DNA of 64,000 bases from the IMG/VR virus record IMGVR_UViG_3300044736_000016, positions 1-64,000 of that record, one strand, 5' to 3'. The notes beneath the pieces are model-generated. The model was given only the letters and a program-made list of their open reading frames with translations, searched no databases and had not been told where the DNA came from. The position numbers were made by a program, and so were the translations under genes. The stretch is from a virus. Shown here one piece after another: positions 8,383-17,256 of this stretch (the stretch's first letter is position 1; each line of letters starts with the position of its first letter).

Positions 8383-10152
8383 TCAGGCGCCCTCCTGCTT
8401 GGCAACGTCTGCGGTTTCCGCGAACATGTCCGAGAACACCCCTGGTACGCCCGCATCTGTTTCGGTCGAACCCTGCTCGTGGATCTGGTCGAGCCCGTAC
8501 GGCACCGTGAGCTTTCCCCACATCTCGAACGGACGAGTGTCGCCATGGTAGACCGTCTTGGCAAGCGTGATCCGCTCGCTCATGCTGATAAGTACCTTGC
8601 CATCCGCGATGTTGGTGATCTCATGCTGCGGCCAACGCCATTCATCATGCGGCGTCACAGTGCGGGTGACCGTACGGGTGCGCCGCTGCTCCTTGTGCTG
8701 CGCATGGCGCTCGTGGCTGGCGTGGTCGTCGTCGACCGTCGGCTGCTGGCGCCACCACGGGGCACGGGTGCGGGCCACCGCCTTGGTCGTCCGGTGGATG
8801 GTGTGCTTGCCGCCGGTCCGCTCAAGGCTGGCGAGCAGCTTGGGATCCTTGCACCCGCGCAGCACAGCGGTGACCGCCATGCCCTCGCGGACCACCCTCT
8901 CGGTCTCCGCGTTCCACCGCAGGCTGAACTGTCCCATTGCCTGCACGGAGGCCATGAGCACGACCCCGCGTCCTCCCCCGTCGCCGATGATCCGCGTGAG
9001 AGACGGCAGGGGACTGAGCGTCGCCATCTCGTCCAGCGCAAGCAGGAACGGCCGCTCCAATGGCTGCCCACCCCGGCTGTCGGAGATGGTGTATGCCGCC
9101 TCCGTGATCTCCTCGATTAGCCCGGTGGTCAGCGGCGCCAGGTCGCAGTTCGGGTCCGAGGGGGCGACGACGAACAGCGCATGATCGCGGCCCAACTGCG
9201 GTCGGACGCTCGGGTCATGCTCGTCGTATCCGAGGAACTCGTACGGGTCGAAGCCGCACTCGCCAGCAAGGTTCGCATCCGCCAGGACCCGCGGGTTGTC
9301 GAACGCCGAGATGGCCGCGTCGAGGCAGGACCATACAGACCCCACCTCATCGCTCTCGCGCACCTTGGGGTCGCGCAGGGTCAGGCTGGCTAGGTTCTCG
9401 AGCGCCTGCCGGTCCGGGCAGAGATGTGGGTTCCCTTCCCACCGCGCGATCCTGGTCTTGAGGATGTCCGCTGGCTCGTCCACGTTGTGCTGCTTCACCC
9501 ATGAGCGGACGTGCCCCATGCCCTTGCCGTCCAGCGCAGCGGCGTACAGGAGCGGCGCAAGGTACTGCGTGGCCCGCGTCTGCCAGTGGCTCGGATCCTT
9601 GGCCCCTTTGCCGGCGTTGATGCCCATGGCTCGGGCGCGCTTGGTGGCAACGTAGAAGTCCTCGCAGCCTCGCAGCGGAGACCAGTGCAGGCGACGCACC
9701 CACGGCGGCACGTCGTCGGCTCCGAGGATCTGCATGGGGTCGAACACCCACACCTTGCCGCGGTAGGTGCGGACCGCCTTGCAGTGCTCAAGGATGTCCG
9801 GCTTGGTACTCGTGGCGACGACCGGTCCCAGCCACGCCTGCACGTTGGGGATGATCAGCGTGGCGGTCTTGCCTCGCTGCGAGATGGCGACGATCAGGAC
9901 GTGCTCACGCGGAGGAGCCTGCACGAACCGGCCCTTGTCCCAGCCTAGAATGGGGCGTCCGGGGATGATCCCGTGCCAGATCGGGTCAACGGGATCAAGG
10001 CAGTGTAGCCGGGGCGGACGGAGGCGCTGGCCATCGCGGAACACTGGGGAGGCGTGGTACTGAGCGAGGAGGCGCGGACCGTAGCGCATCTTGCCGTGCC
10101 AGCCAAGGCCACTCATCCCGGCGAGAGCGGCGACGATCTCGGGGAGGATCAC
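8383..10152 (-). CDS. Type IV secretion coupling protein (VirD4/TraG-TraD family ATPase)
   Basis: Hydrophobic N-terminus; HVLIVAISQRGKT Walker A; IIPNVQAWLGPVVATSTKPD; VWVFDP; WSPLRGC; Walker B LALDEMA; GGGRGVVLMASVQ. Confidence 0.88.
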   Translation of the reverse strand: MILPEIVAALAGMSGLGWHGKMRYGPRLLAQYHASPVFRDGQRLRPPRLHCLDPVDPIWHGIIPGRPILGWDKGRFVQAPPREHVLIVAISQRGKTATLIIPNVQAWLGPVVATSTKPDILEHCKAVRTYRGKVWVFDPMQILGADDVPPWVRRLHWSPLRGCEDFYVATKRARAMGINAGKGAKDPSHWQTRATQYLAPLLYAAALDGKGMGHVRSWVKQHNVDEPADILKTRIARWEGNPHLCPDRQALENLASLTLRDPKVRESDEVGSVWSCLDAAISAFDNPRVLADANLAGECGFDPYEFLGYDEHDPSVRPQLGRDHALFVVAPSDPNCDLAPLTTGLIEEITEAAYTISDSRGGQPLERPFLLALDEMATLSPLPSLTRIIGDGGGRGVVLMASVQAMGQFSLRWNAETERVVREGMAVTAVLRGCKDPKLLASLERTGGKHTIHRTTKAVARTRAPWWRQQPTVDDDHASHERHAQHKEQRRTRTVTRTVTPHDEWRWPQHEITNIADGKVLISMSERITLAKTVYHGDTRPFEMWGKLTVPYGLDQIHEQGSTETDAGVPGVFSDMFAETADVAKQEGA

Positions 10153-10922
10153 AGCGACCGCCCTCCGTAGGCGGGCTCGTTGACGGGCGTGTAGGCGGTC
10201 AGGTCGCGGGTCGTGGCGTCAGCTTGTGCGGCAGGCGTGGCTGTGCGTGACGCCTCGGCAGTGCTCAGGCTGTACACGTCGAGCGGCTTGGCTCCACCAC
10301 GCTCCAGCGTTTGCTTCAGGTTGGCAGGCACGCTCGGGCAGTAGGTATCGGTGCTGGCTTCCAGCTTCTCGCCGATAAGCCAGCCGTTCGCCGCAGCGTT
10401 GAGACCGAAGATGTCGCATGCATCCGGCATGTACTGCGGGTAGTCTGGTGGCGTGCCATCGGCCTTCGAGACCGCCTTCGACCACGCGATGCCTTCCCGC
10501 TCTGCGTCTTTGAAGTGCTCCGTCTTCCGGATGGCGTCCGCTGCGGGTGAGTGCGGATCGACCGTCCAGTTCGGTCCGCCGAAAAAGTGCAGTAGGCTGG
10601 GAGCGTCGCGGTGCAGGCCATCGGGCAGTGTGGCGGTGGCAGATGTCGACCTTTTTGCCTCGCTGCCGCCATAGTTCTGACGCAACTCTGCGATGCGTGC
10701 AGCCAGCCCGGCCTTGCAATGTGTCCTTGCCTCCTCGGGGCTCATCTCGCCGTGGTCGATCAGCGCTTTCTCATGTTGCTTCCACTGAGCCGTGACAATG
10801 GCCTTGGCATACACCCAGTCTGGGTCGGCCTCCTCAGTTGCGCTACCCGTGCTTCCGCCTCTAGGCGCGATGCTGGATCCGCCCGGGATAGGCTCTCCTG
10901 CGCCGATGTATGCGCTGGTCAT
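10149..10922 (-). CDS. Hypothetical protein ending GGRSL (candidate coupling-protein substrate)
   Basis: Overlaps both neighbours; disordered termini. Confidence 0.7.
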   Translation of the reverse strand: MTSAYIGAGEPIPGGSSIAPRGGSTGSATEEADPDWVYAKAIVTAQWKQHEKALIDHGEMSPEEARTHCKAGLAARIAELRQNYGGSEAKRSTSATATLPDGLHRDAPSLLHFFGGPNWTVDPHSPAADAIRKTEHFKDAEREGIAWSKAVSKADGTPPDYPQYMPDACDIFGLNAAANGWLIGEKLEASTDTYCPSVPANLKQTLERGGAKPLDVYSLSTAEASRTATPAAQADATTRDLTAYTPVNEPAYGGRSL

Positions 10923-11152
10923 GTCACTCGCACCGTATAGATGCGCTGGCGGTCTTGGAATCCCCTCGCGATTTTGCGGTCCCGCTCCAACAGAACCAGT
11001 GCTCGGTACGTGCGCGCAGCAGGGATGCCGGTGGTGTAGGCGAGGATGTCGATGACGTAGATGTTGCCGCTGCGGATGGCTTGCAGTACGAGTTCGCAGT
11101 CACCCGTGGTCCGGCGTCGGCGGAACAGTCGGGAAAGAATCCCCATGTGCAT
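10919..11152 (-). CDS. Small winged-HTH protein
   Basis: VLQAIRSG..YVIDILAYTTGIPAARTYRALVLLERDRKI...RIYTV (MarR/PadR-like); AGGAG RBS. Confidence 0.6.
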   Translation of the reverse strand: MHMGILSRLFRRRRTTGDCELVLQAIRSGNIYVIDILAYTTGIPAARTYRALVLLERDRKIARGFQDRQRIYTVRVT

Positions 11153-11155
11153 CTC

Positions 11156-12127
11156 CTACAGTGACCGGCCGGGCTGGTGGGATGCGTCGACCTCGGCCTC
11201 GTCGCGAATTGGCTCGGCTGGCGCAGAGGGTCCGCCGATTGCCTCTCGCATGACCGAGGCCGGCACCCCGTTCGATTCCGCGCTGTTGGAACAGGTCGCG
11301 GTGGCCACCACCTTGCCCTGGTCAGGGTCTCCGGGGTTGGTTAGGACCATCGGCGAGCCTGACCAACCGGGCACGACGGGCTGATCGACCACGGTGGAGT
11401 GATAGGCATGGTCGGAGCCCTCAGGATGGACCATCTCCGTCCCCGTCACGTTCGCCGTGATGACGCCACGATCCGAGACGATCGCCACCTGATCGCCGGG
11501 TTGCGCATCGCGCGATGCCAGTTCGAGCGCGCCGTCTCCGTCGCTCTGCCGCCCGCTGACCACCGCAAAGTCGCTGTCCGGAGTAGACGCGATCGTCTGG
11601 TGCATCCAGTCGTCGCGGACGACGTGTCCCGCTGTCGCTCTGCCGGTGGTGCCGTCGGGCATGCGCAAGTCCCACGCCGTCCCTTCGCCCGGCATGCGTA
11701 CGCCGGCCGCGTAGATCCTGCCCGTGTGCGCCTCCGCGTTTCCGATCGGGGCGGTCGCTGCCACGCTGTCGTATCCGTGCCCAGCCGCGAAGGCGTCGTG
11801 CTCCGCTGCCTGCGGGGCCATACTCGCGGTGGTGGACTTCATGGTGGGCTGGCCCATGTCGCGCTCGAGCGAACGGGACGCGGACGCCGCAGACACATCG
11901 GCCTGAGCTGGTGCCGCACCTCGACGCGCTGCGGGTGCCGATGGTGGGTCGAGGTGATGGATAGGCACCCTGCCCTCGCGGAGCACGGAGACCGCTCGGA
12001 ACGCCCCGCTGTCGACGTGACGCTTCACCGTGCTGTCGAGGTGACGTGGGGCCACGCAGTGCCGGGACTGGCGACCGCTCTGGTCCTCCAGCACGACCAT
12101 GGCAGGTTGCTGCTGACGGCTGAACAT
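11156..12127 (-). CDS. Trypsin-like (PA clan) serine protease, no signal peptide, ending PGRSL
   Basis: TAGHVV (His), SDFAVV (Asp), PGWSGSPM (Ser). Confidence 0.8.
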   Translation of the reverse strand: MFSRQQQPAMVVLEDQSGRQSRHCVAPRHLDSTVKRHVDSGAFRAVSVLREGRVPIHHLDPPSAPAARRGAAPAQADVSAASASRSLERDMGQPTMKSTTASMAPQAAEHDAFAAGHGYDSVAATAPIGNAEAHTGRIYAAGVRMPGEGTAWDLRMPDGTTGRATAGHVVRDDWMHQTIASTPDSDFAVVSGRQSDGDGALELASRDAQPGDQVAIVSDRGVITANVTGTEMVHPEGSDHAYHSTVVDQPVVPGWSGSPMVLTNPGDPDQGKVVATATCSNSAESNGVPASVMREAIGGPSAPAEPIRDEAEVDASHQPGRSL

Positions 12128-12132
12128 CGCTC

Positions 12133-15100
12133 CTATCCCATCCCGTGCGAGTTGCCGCCGATTTCGTGCGGCGGCGTGGTGTCTGTCTCTGCCGCGGAGT
12201 GATCCGGGGCGAGGTCTCTCGTCTCGGCCGTATCGCGCTCCGGCGTGCGGTCGGCCCTCGGCTCATCGTCACGCTTCGGCTCTGCGGGCTCCGGCGTGTG
12301 ATCTGCCTCCTGCTCATCGCGTCCCGGCTCGTTCTTGGCGGTGCGATCGGCCATCTCGGGCGCAGGCTCCGATTCTGGCGTGTCATCGGGCTCCGGGCGG
12401 GCTTCATTTGGCTGCTCGCGGTCCTGCTCCTCGGCAGCGTCAGGGCGCGACGGTCCATCAGTAGGCCGATCAGTAGCGCGCTCCTCCACGGCGTCATCCG
12501 CGGGATTGACGATCAGTTTGCGGTCTTGCGCCAAGTCTGCGAGTAGAGGCTGATCCGGGATTGCGTCTTCGGCAGTTGTCCGTGGATCCCCGACAGCGTG
12601 GAGAGCGTCATTGATGGGGACGGCGTTGGTGTCTGGAGCGTCCGGCGGATCGGTACCTGCGTCCACGACGCCTATAACTTGCCCGCGGTTATTCAGAAGC
12701 TGCCCGCCTGAATCCCCTGGATCAGATCGTGCGTCCACTTCGATGGTGTCAGCGACGTGGACAGGCTTCCCGGTGACATCATCTGGACTTGTGATTTCGT
12801 CCGCATGCGGGCTGGTCACGCGGCCGGTGTGGCTGTCGGTGCTGTGGCCGTAGTCGCCGACGATGCTCACAGGATCGCCAACCGCCACGTTTTTGGAGTC
12901 GCCGAGCACGGCCGGGTTCATTGGTGGTGCTCCCTCCACTTCCAACAGGTCAACATCGTGAGCCGTGTCGTCTCTAAGTACGAGTGTCTGATATTGATGG
13001 CTATCGACTTCCACGATCGTCGGCTGGTGCAGAGCAGCGGCATCCTCAACAACGTGGTGAGCGGTGAGTAACCGGTTGCCTGGCAGTACAATGCCTGTGC
13101 CCACGCCGTGGCCGGATGGATCGACGATGCGCGCGATGCCAGCATGGGTGGCGGTTGGCGCTGGTGAGATTGGTACTGGGGTATCGTGCAGAGTAGGTCC
13201 ACCGCTAGCCATCAGCGCTGCCGCGACAATGCCGACGCTGGGATGCGTCACCTGCCTATGCGCTGGCATTTCTTCTGCGCTGACGTGAGGTGTGTCGATC
13301 ATCTGCGGCACGGACCTTTCTGGTACTTCTACACTGATCGGCTTTGGCGACAAGCCAACCAGATCCGCGAGCCCATGTCGCTCCAGCACGTCGGGGTCAT
13401 GGGGTGGGCGCTCTGCTGGCTGCGCGTCGTCGACCGTGGGAGGTGGCGGTAGCTCGGCGTCTTCCGGTCGCCCAAGCCCACGTCTGCGCTCGGGTGGCAC
13501 GGCGTCCTCGGTCTCGTTCCCTGCGTCGATCGGAGCCCGTTCGGGCAGCCCACGCTCCCCCGCTCGAGTAAGCCCACGTCGGAGTTCGGGCGCTACGCCA
13601 TCCTGCTCTGCCGTGCGGCTCTGTCCGTACACAGGCTCAGGCAGATCGCCAGTGCCAGCCTGCCGCAGACCACGCTCGCGCTCTGGCGGTGTGGTGCGTG
13701 GACCCTGCCCGCCCAACCTCGTCCACGCCTCGTCCAAGTTGCGCTCGAAGGTCTCGCGGTCGACGGGCAGGCCACGCTCGCGTGCCTTGGCAGCCACTTG
13801 TGCCTGTGTGGCGTAGGCGTCGCTCCAACCCGGCGGTGTGGTCGTGCTGGCGGGCTCGGCATCACTTACCGCGCCGTCTCGCAGCCACGACGTGTCCGTC
13901 AGCGGGCTGGGGACGTTCTGCCGTGGGGCACTCGGGCTAGCCTGCTGCTCCCACATTGGCGCTGCGTCGCGGAGGCGTCCAGACTGCTCACGCTCGACCG
14001 GAGCGGCCTGCATCTCACGCAGTGCGGATGCGTCGGTGATCTGCTGGAGTAGGTCGGGCTCCTGCGACCCAGCGTGAAGCCGATGACGTTCTGCGGTCGG
14101 CAGGCCAGCGTGGCCGTTCCCTACCGCACCCGCCATGTCCACGATCTCTGCGGTGACGGGCCGGCCGTCCACACGCGTCACCACGGGCTGCGCTGCGTGC
14201 TCTGGTGTGGCTGTGATCCCACGGCGCTCGGCAGCGAATACGTCGTATCCATCCCGTCCCACAGCGTCGCGCACCGTTGATGTGGGCGGCGCATCGGTGA
14301 TGGCGGGACGTTCGGCGGACACGGTGCGGTCACGGTCCTGCGCATGTTCCTGCTCGGCTGCGGCCATCCGTGCCTCACGTTCCTGCCGCTCTGCCGGGGT
14401 ACGGAGTTCGTCGCGCGGATCCGGCACGACCTCACGGTGCGCTCGGTGCATGTCTGCCGCGGTGGTGCCGGGTGGAAGGCCGTTCAGGTCGTCAACCATC
14501 CACGCGTCGTTGATCGGGTCCGATCTACGCTGCTCGTCCATCCTCTGCGCGAACCGCTCTAGCCGATCGTTGCGTCCAACGTCCGGATCCACTACCGCTA
14601 TTTGCTCGGCGCTGTGGAGTTCTTTGCGCAGATCCATGTTGACACCGTTCCCCAGCGCAAGGTCGACATCGGAGTGGGACAGATGCGTGCCGAAGTCACT
14701 CTCGCGGTCGATGTCTGAGTAGTCACGTCGCCGTGCCGCTCCACTGTGCTGGATCACGGTCAGCCCTTCCGCCTCAGCCGCTTCACGGATGCGCTGTGCG
14801 GTCTCTGGAGTGGCGAACCCTTCCACCGCCGCGTTCTGGTGAAAGATGTCCCCGCCGTATCCGACGCTGTTGGCCATGCCCGGTTGAGAGCCGATGGTCG
14901 CGAACCCGGCGTGGTTCATGCGGACGAGCGGGTCTTTGATGAGCGCCGTCTCGGAGTCGGGATCGGGATGGCCGTTCGGATGTGCAAGATGACCGGGCAG
15001 GAATTGCTCTGCGGTGATCTTGCCGAGGTGGTTGATCGTCGTAGCGTCGCTCCAGTCGCGGATGACGCGCTGCTCGCGAGCGGGCCTTTCCGCAGCCAAC

Positions 15101-16629
15101 ACGTCCGGTACCGACTCCTTCACCAGCCCATGCTGCTTGGCGAGGACGGACGCGGCCGTGCCCTCTTCGTGGCCGTTGATCCTGTCGACTTGCCGTAGTT
15201 CCTCAAGCGAAGGCACTCCAATGACCTTGCCGTCCTTGTCGAGTGCGAGCGTGGAGGTGTTCGTCTCAACCCCACCGCGGAGGAATAGCGCGTTTTCTGC
15301 CACCCTGGCCGCGCGCTGAGCACGCGGAGAGGCGACGGACTGCGGCACGGCGGCTGCGTTGGCCACGGCCTCCTCGCGCTGTATGCCGTCGAGGGACCGT
15401 ATTCCTCGCTGGACCCGTTGCTCCTGGGCAGGCGTCAGGGGAACCACGCCAGCCGTGTCACGCTGCGGGGTCCGTGGCTTCCGTCCGCCGAGCACCGGCA
15501 CGCTGGAGCCGAGGGCGTCCGCGATGCTCGCCACGGACGGCATACGGCGTGGCTTGCTGGCGTGGCGCTGGCGGCCGTTGCTACCGCCGCCTCCACCGCC
15601 GTTTCGCGCTGCGCTGGCCGGTGGCTTGGCTGCGGCCCTGCTGCGTGCGTCCGGCGTGGCCGGTGGCTTCTCGCCGCATGCGCTGACCACCTTGCCGCCG
15701 ATTCCGGCGACGAACGACCCATGAGCGCCGACTTCGAGATCCCACAACTGCCGCTGCCGTACCGCCTTGCGCGCCTGCTGGTTGCCGAGCCACGAGTGGT
15801 GACCGCTGTGGCCGTGGCCTGCGTCCATGCGACGTGCCTGATACGTTGGACGGAACGGTGCGAACACGTGCTCGATATCGGTGCGCTCGCCGAGGGTCTC
15901 CGCAACGATGCCCATCATGGTCACCAGAAACGCAGAGGTGGTCGGAAGGGGTTTCCAGTCTGGGCCGTAGTAGCCCTTCAGCAGTGCACGGCGGTAACGT
16001 TCGTCCATCCCGAGACCCCATGGCGGGACCGTCTTGGTGTGAGGCTTGTCGCCGAAGTGCTCTGCCAGAAACCGTGCCTGCTCGCGGTCGCGCCCCTCGA
16101 AAGTGACGCCGCCGCCGCTCTTATCCTCGCGTCCCGTCCAACCTGAGAGATACTGGCGGATGTGCTGCGCCTCACGCTTATCCGAAGCCTTGATCGTGAT
16201 GCGATCGCCGTTGACTTCACCACTGCGTAGGTAGGAGCCGACGAGATGCCATTCCTCTGGCGTCTCCGGTGCACCAGCCGGGATCGGCAGCGGATCGATG
16301 TGAGTTGGTGTGGCCCACGCGTGGCGCCGCTTGTCGAACAGGCCCGCGCTCATCCATCCGGGTGTCCCGCCGTTCGATGTGGCCCGCACCAGCACGGGGT
16401 GGCCGTCCGACGCCTCAATCCCAGCATGCCCATGCCCAGACACCCGCACCGTCGAACCCTTGCGCCGATGGACGTTCGTGACAGGCTGCCAACTGCCGTT
16501 GCGATCGAGCACGCGGTGGCTCTGGCTGACGTCCTGCATGTGCATGATCCGCTCGTCTGTGATGACGGGCGTCTTGCCGGGAAACCCCTCGGGCGGACGG
16601 CGCGGCGGCTTGGAAATCTGCGTGGGCAT
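12133..16629 (-). CDS. ~1498-aa multidomain protein: degenerate intein (Hint plus LAGLIDADG), DUF6919-like domain, Pro/Arg repeats, C-terminal HtrA-like trypsin protease without PDZ
   Basis: Start at MPTQISK (16629); protease GTGIVL...LTAHHVV...DVDLLEV...PGDSGGQLLN; intein-like blocks at 15676-16587; RMNHAGFATIGSQPG...HQNAAVEGF in the middle. Confidence 0.8.
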   Translation of the reverse strand: MPTQISKPPRRPPEGFPGKTPVITDERIMHMQDVSQSHRVLDRNGSWQPVTNVHRRKGSTVRVSGHGHAGIEASDGHPVLVRATSNGGTPGWMSAGLFDKRRHAWATPTHIDPLPIPAGAPETPEEWHLVGSYLRSGEVNGDRITIKASDKREAQHIRQYLSGWTGREDKSGGGVTFEGRDREQARFLAEHFGDKPHTKTVPPWGLGMDERYRRALLKGYYGPDWKPLPTTSAFLVTMMGIVAETLGERTDIEHVFAPFRPTYQARRMDAGHGHSGHHSWLGNQQARKAVRQRQLWDLEVGAHGSFVAGIGGKVVSACGEKPPATPDARSRAAAKPPASAARNGGGGGGSNGRQRHASKPRRMPSVASIADALGSSVPVLGGRKPRTPQRDTAGVVPLTPAQEQRVQRGIRSLDGIQREEAVANAAAVPQSVASPRAQRAARVAENALFLRGGVETNTSTLALDKDGKVIGVPSLEELRQVDRINGHEEGTAASVLAKQHGLVKESVPDVLAAERPAREQRVIRDWSDATTINHLGKITAEQFLPGHLAHPNGHPDPDSETALIKDPLVRMNHAGFATIGSQPGMANSVGYGGDIFHQNAAVEGFATPETAQRIREAAEAEGLTVIQHSGAARRRDYSDIDRESDFGTHLSHSDVDLALGNGVNMDLRKELHSAEQIAVVDPDVGRNDRLERFAQRMDEQRRSDPINDAWMVDDLNGLPPGTTAADMHRAHREVVPDPRDELRTPAERQEREARMAAAEQEHAQDRDRTVSAERPAITDAPPTSTVRDAVGRDGYDVFAAERRGITATPEHAAQPVVTRVDGRPVTAEIVDMAGAVGNGHAGLPTAERHRLHAGSQEPDLLQQITDASALREMQAAPVEREQSGRLRDAAPMWEQQASPSAPRQNVPSPLTDTSWLRDGAVSDAEPASTTTPPGWSDAYATQAQVAAKARERGLPVDRETFERNLDEAWTRLGGQGPRTTPPERERGLRQAGTGDLPEPVYGQSRTAEQDGVAPELRRGLTRAGERGLPERAPIDAGNETEDAVPPERRRGLGRPEDAELPPPPTVDDAQPAERPPHDPDVLERHGLADLVGLSPKPISVEVPERSVPQMIDTPHVSAEEMPAHRQVTHPSVGIVAAALMASGGPTLHDTPVPISPAPTATHAGIARIVDPSGHGVGTGIVLPGNRLLTAHHVVEDAAALHQPTIVEVDSHQYQTLVLRDDTAHDVDLLEVEGAPPMNPAVLGDSKNVAVGDPVSIVGDYGHSTDSHTGRVTSPHADEITSPDDVTGKPVHVADTIEVDARSDPGDSGGQLLNNRGQVIGVVDAGTDPPDAPDTNAVPINDALHAVGDPRTTAEDAIPDQPLLADLAQDRKLIVNPADDAVEERATDRPTDGPSRPDAAEEQDREQPNEARPEPDDTPESEPAPEMADRTAKNEPGRDEQEADHTPEPAEPKRDDEPRADRTPERDTAETRDLAPDHSAAETDTTPPHEIGGNSHGMG

Positions 16630-16634
16630 TTTGG

Positions 16635-16814
16635 TTATCCCAGACGTGCGTGGCTGCCGGGCATGTAGGCGTAGATGCACATGACGCCGATGAGTGCGCC
16701 GATGATGCCGCCTACCACCCTGACCACGACTTTCTGTCTGAACCCCGTGATGGCGAGCCTGATGCCCATGAACACCGCGACTCCACCGACGAGACAGATG
16801 GCTATGCCCAGCAT
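16635..16814 (-). CDS. 59-aa two-TM membrane protein (absent from the ORF track)
   Basis: Hand translation: MLGIAICLVGGVAVFMGIRLAITGFRQKVVVRVVGGIIGALIGVMCIYAYMPGSHARLG; GGAGGG RBS upstream. Confidence 0.7.
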   Translation of the reverse strand: MLGIAICLVGGVAVFMGIRLAITGFRQKVVVRVVGGIIGALIGVMCIYAYMPGSHARLG

Positions 16815-16816
16815 CC

Positions 16817-17002
16817 CTAGATCCCTCCGCAGCCGCGGACGATGTAGAAGACGATCGCGATGGCGGCTCCGATGGCGCCCCCGATGTAGTGGCTCCGCGA
16901 CGCCCGGATACCGATGCCGATGAGCGCACCGACCGCCGCGAACAGCAGGAACTTCGACGTGACCGCTGCGCCGCCGACGTAGAACAGGGTATCGGCGATC
17001 AT
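16817..17002 (-). CDS. 61-aa Gly-rich two-TM membrane protein
   Basis: GGAGGAG RBS; two hydrophobic stretches with GxxxG motifs. Confidence 0.7.
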   Translation of the reverse strand: MIADTLFYVGGAAVTSKFLLFAAVGALIGIGIRASRSHYIGGAIGAAIAIVFYIVRGCGGI

Positions 17003-17256
17003 GCTTGCTCCTCCGCGTTGAACACCGCGTCCATGATCTTCCGCACGTTCCGCAGCCGGTACTTCCCGTCAGGGCATGGCAGGTACGCGTACCTCTGGCC
17101 GCGCAGGACGCGAGTGGTGGCGATCAGTCGCGGTTCGGTGAGGCGTGGCTGGCAGTGGTTGCCGGGGCGTCGCGTTGTGCGCACGTTGGCGCAGTCGCTT
17201 ATCTCGTAGTCGGGCGCCCACGGGATCGGCAGCCAGCGCTCAGCGTCGTCGGTCAT
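16999..17256 (-). CDS. NUMOD4-domain protein (no HNH domain)
   Basis: ERWLPIPWAPDYEISDCANVR NUMOD4 signature. Confidence 0.7.
   Translation of the reverse strand: MTDDAERWLPIPWAPDYEISDCANVRTTRRPGNHCQPRLTEPRLIATTRVLRGQRYAYLPCPDGKYRLRNVRKIMDAVFNAEEQA

Noticed and set aside
16630-16929. ORF-track start at 16929 for the giant protein
   Set aside because: The extension is low-complexity shadow sequence overlapping two credible small membrane genes; ATG 16629 is preferred
8383-17002. A complete conjugative (ICE) module
   Set aside because: No relaxase (HUH/MOB), VirB4 or other MPF genes were recognisable in the window
16999-17256. Mobile HNH homing endonuclease
   Set aside because: Only the NUMOD4 part is present; no HNH motif
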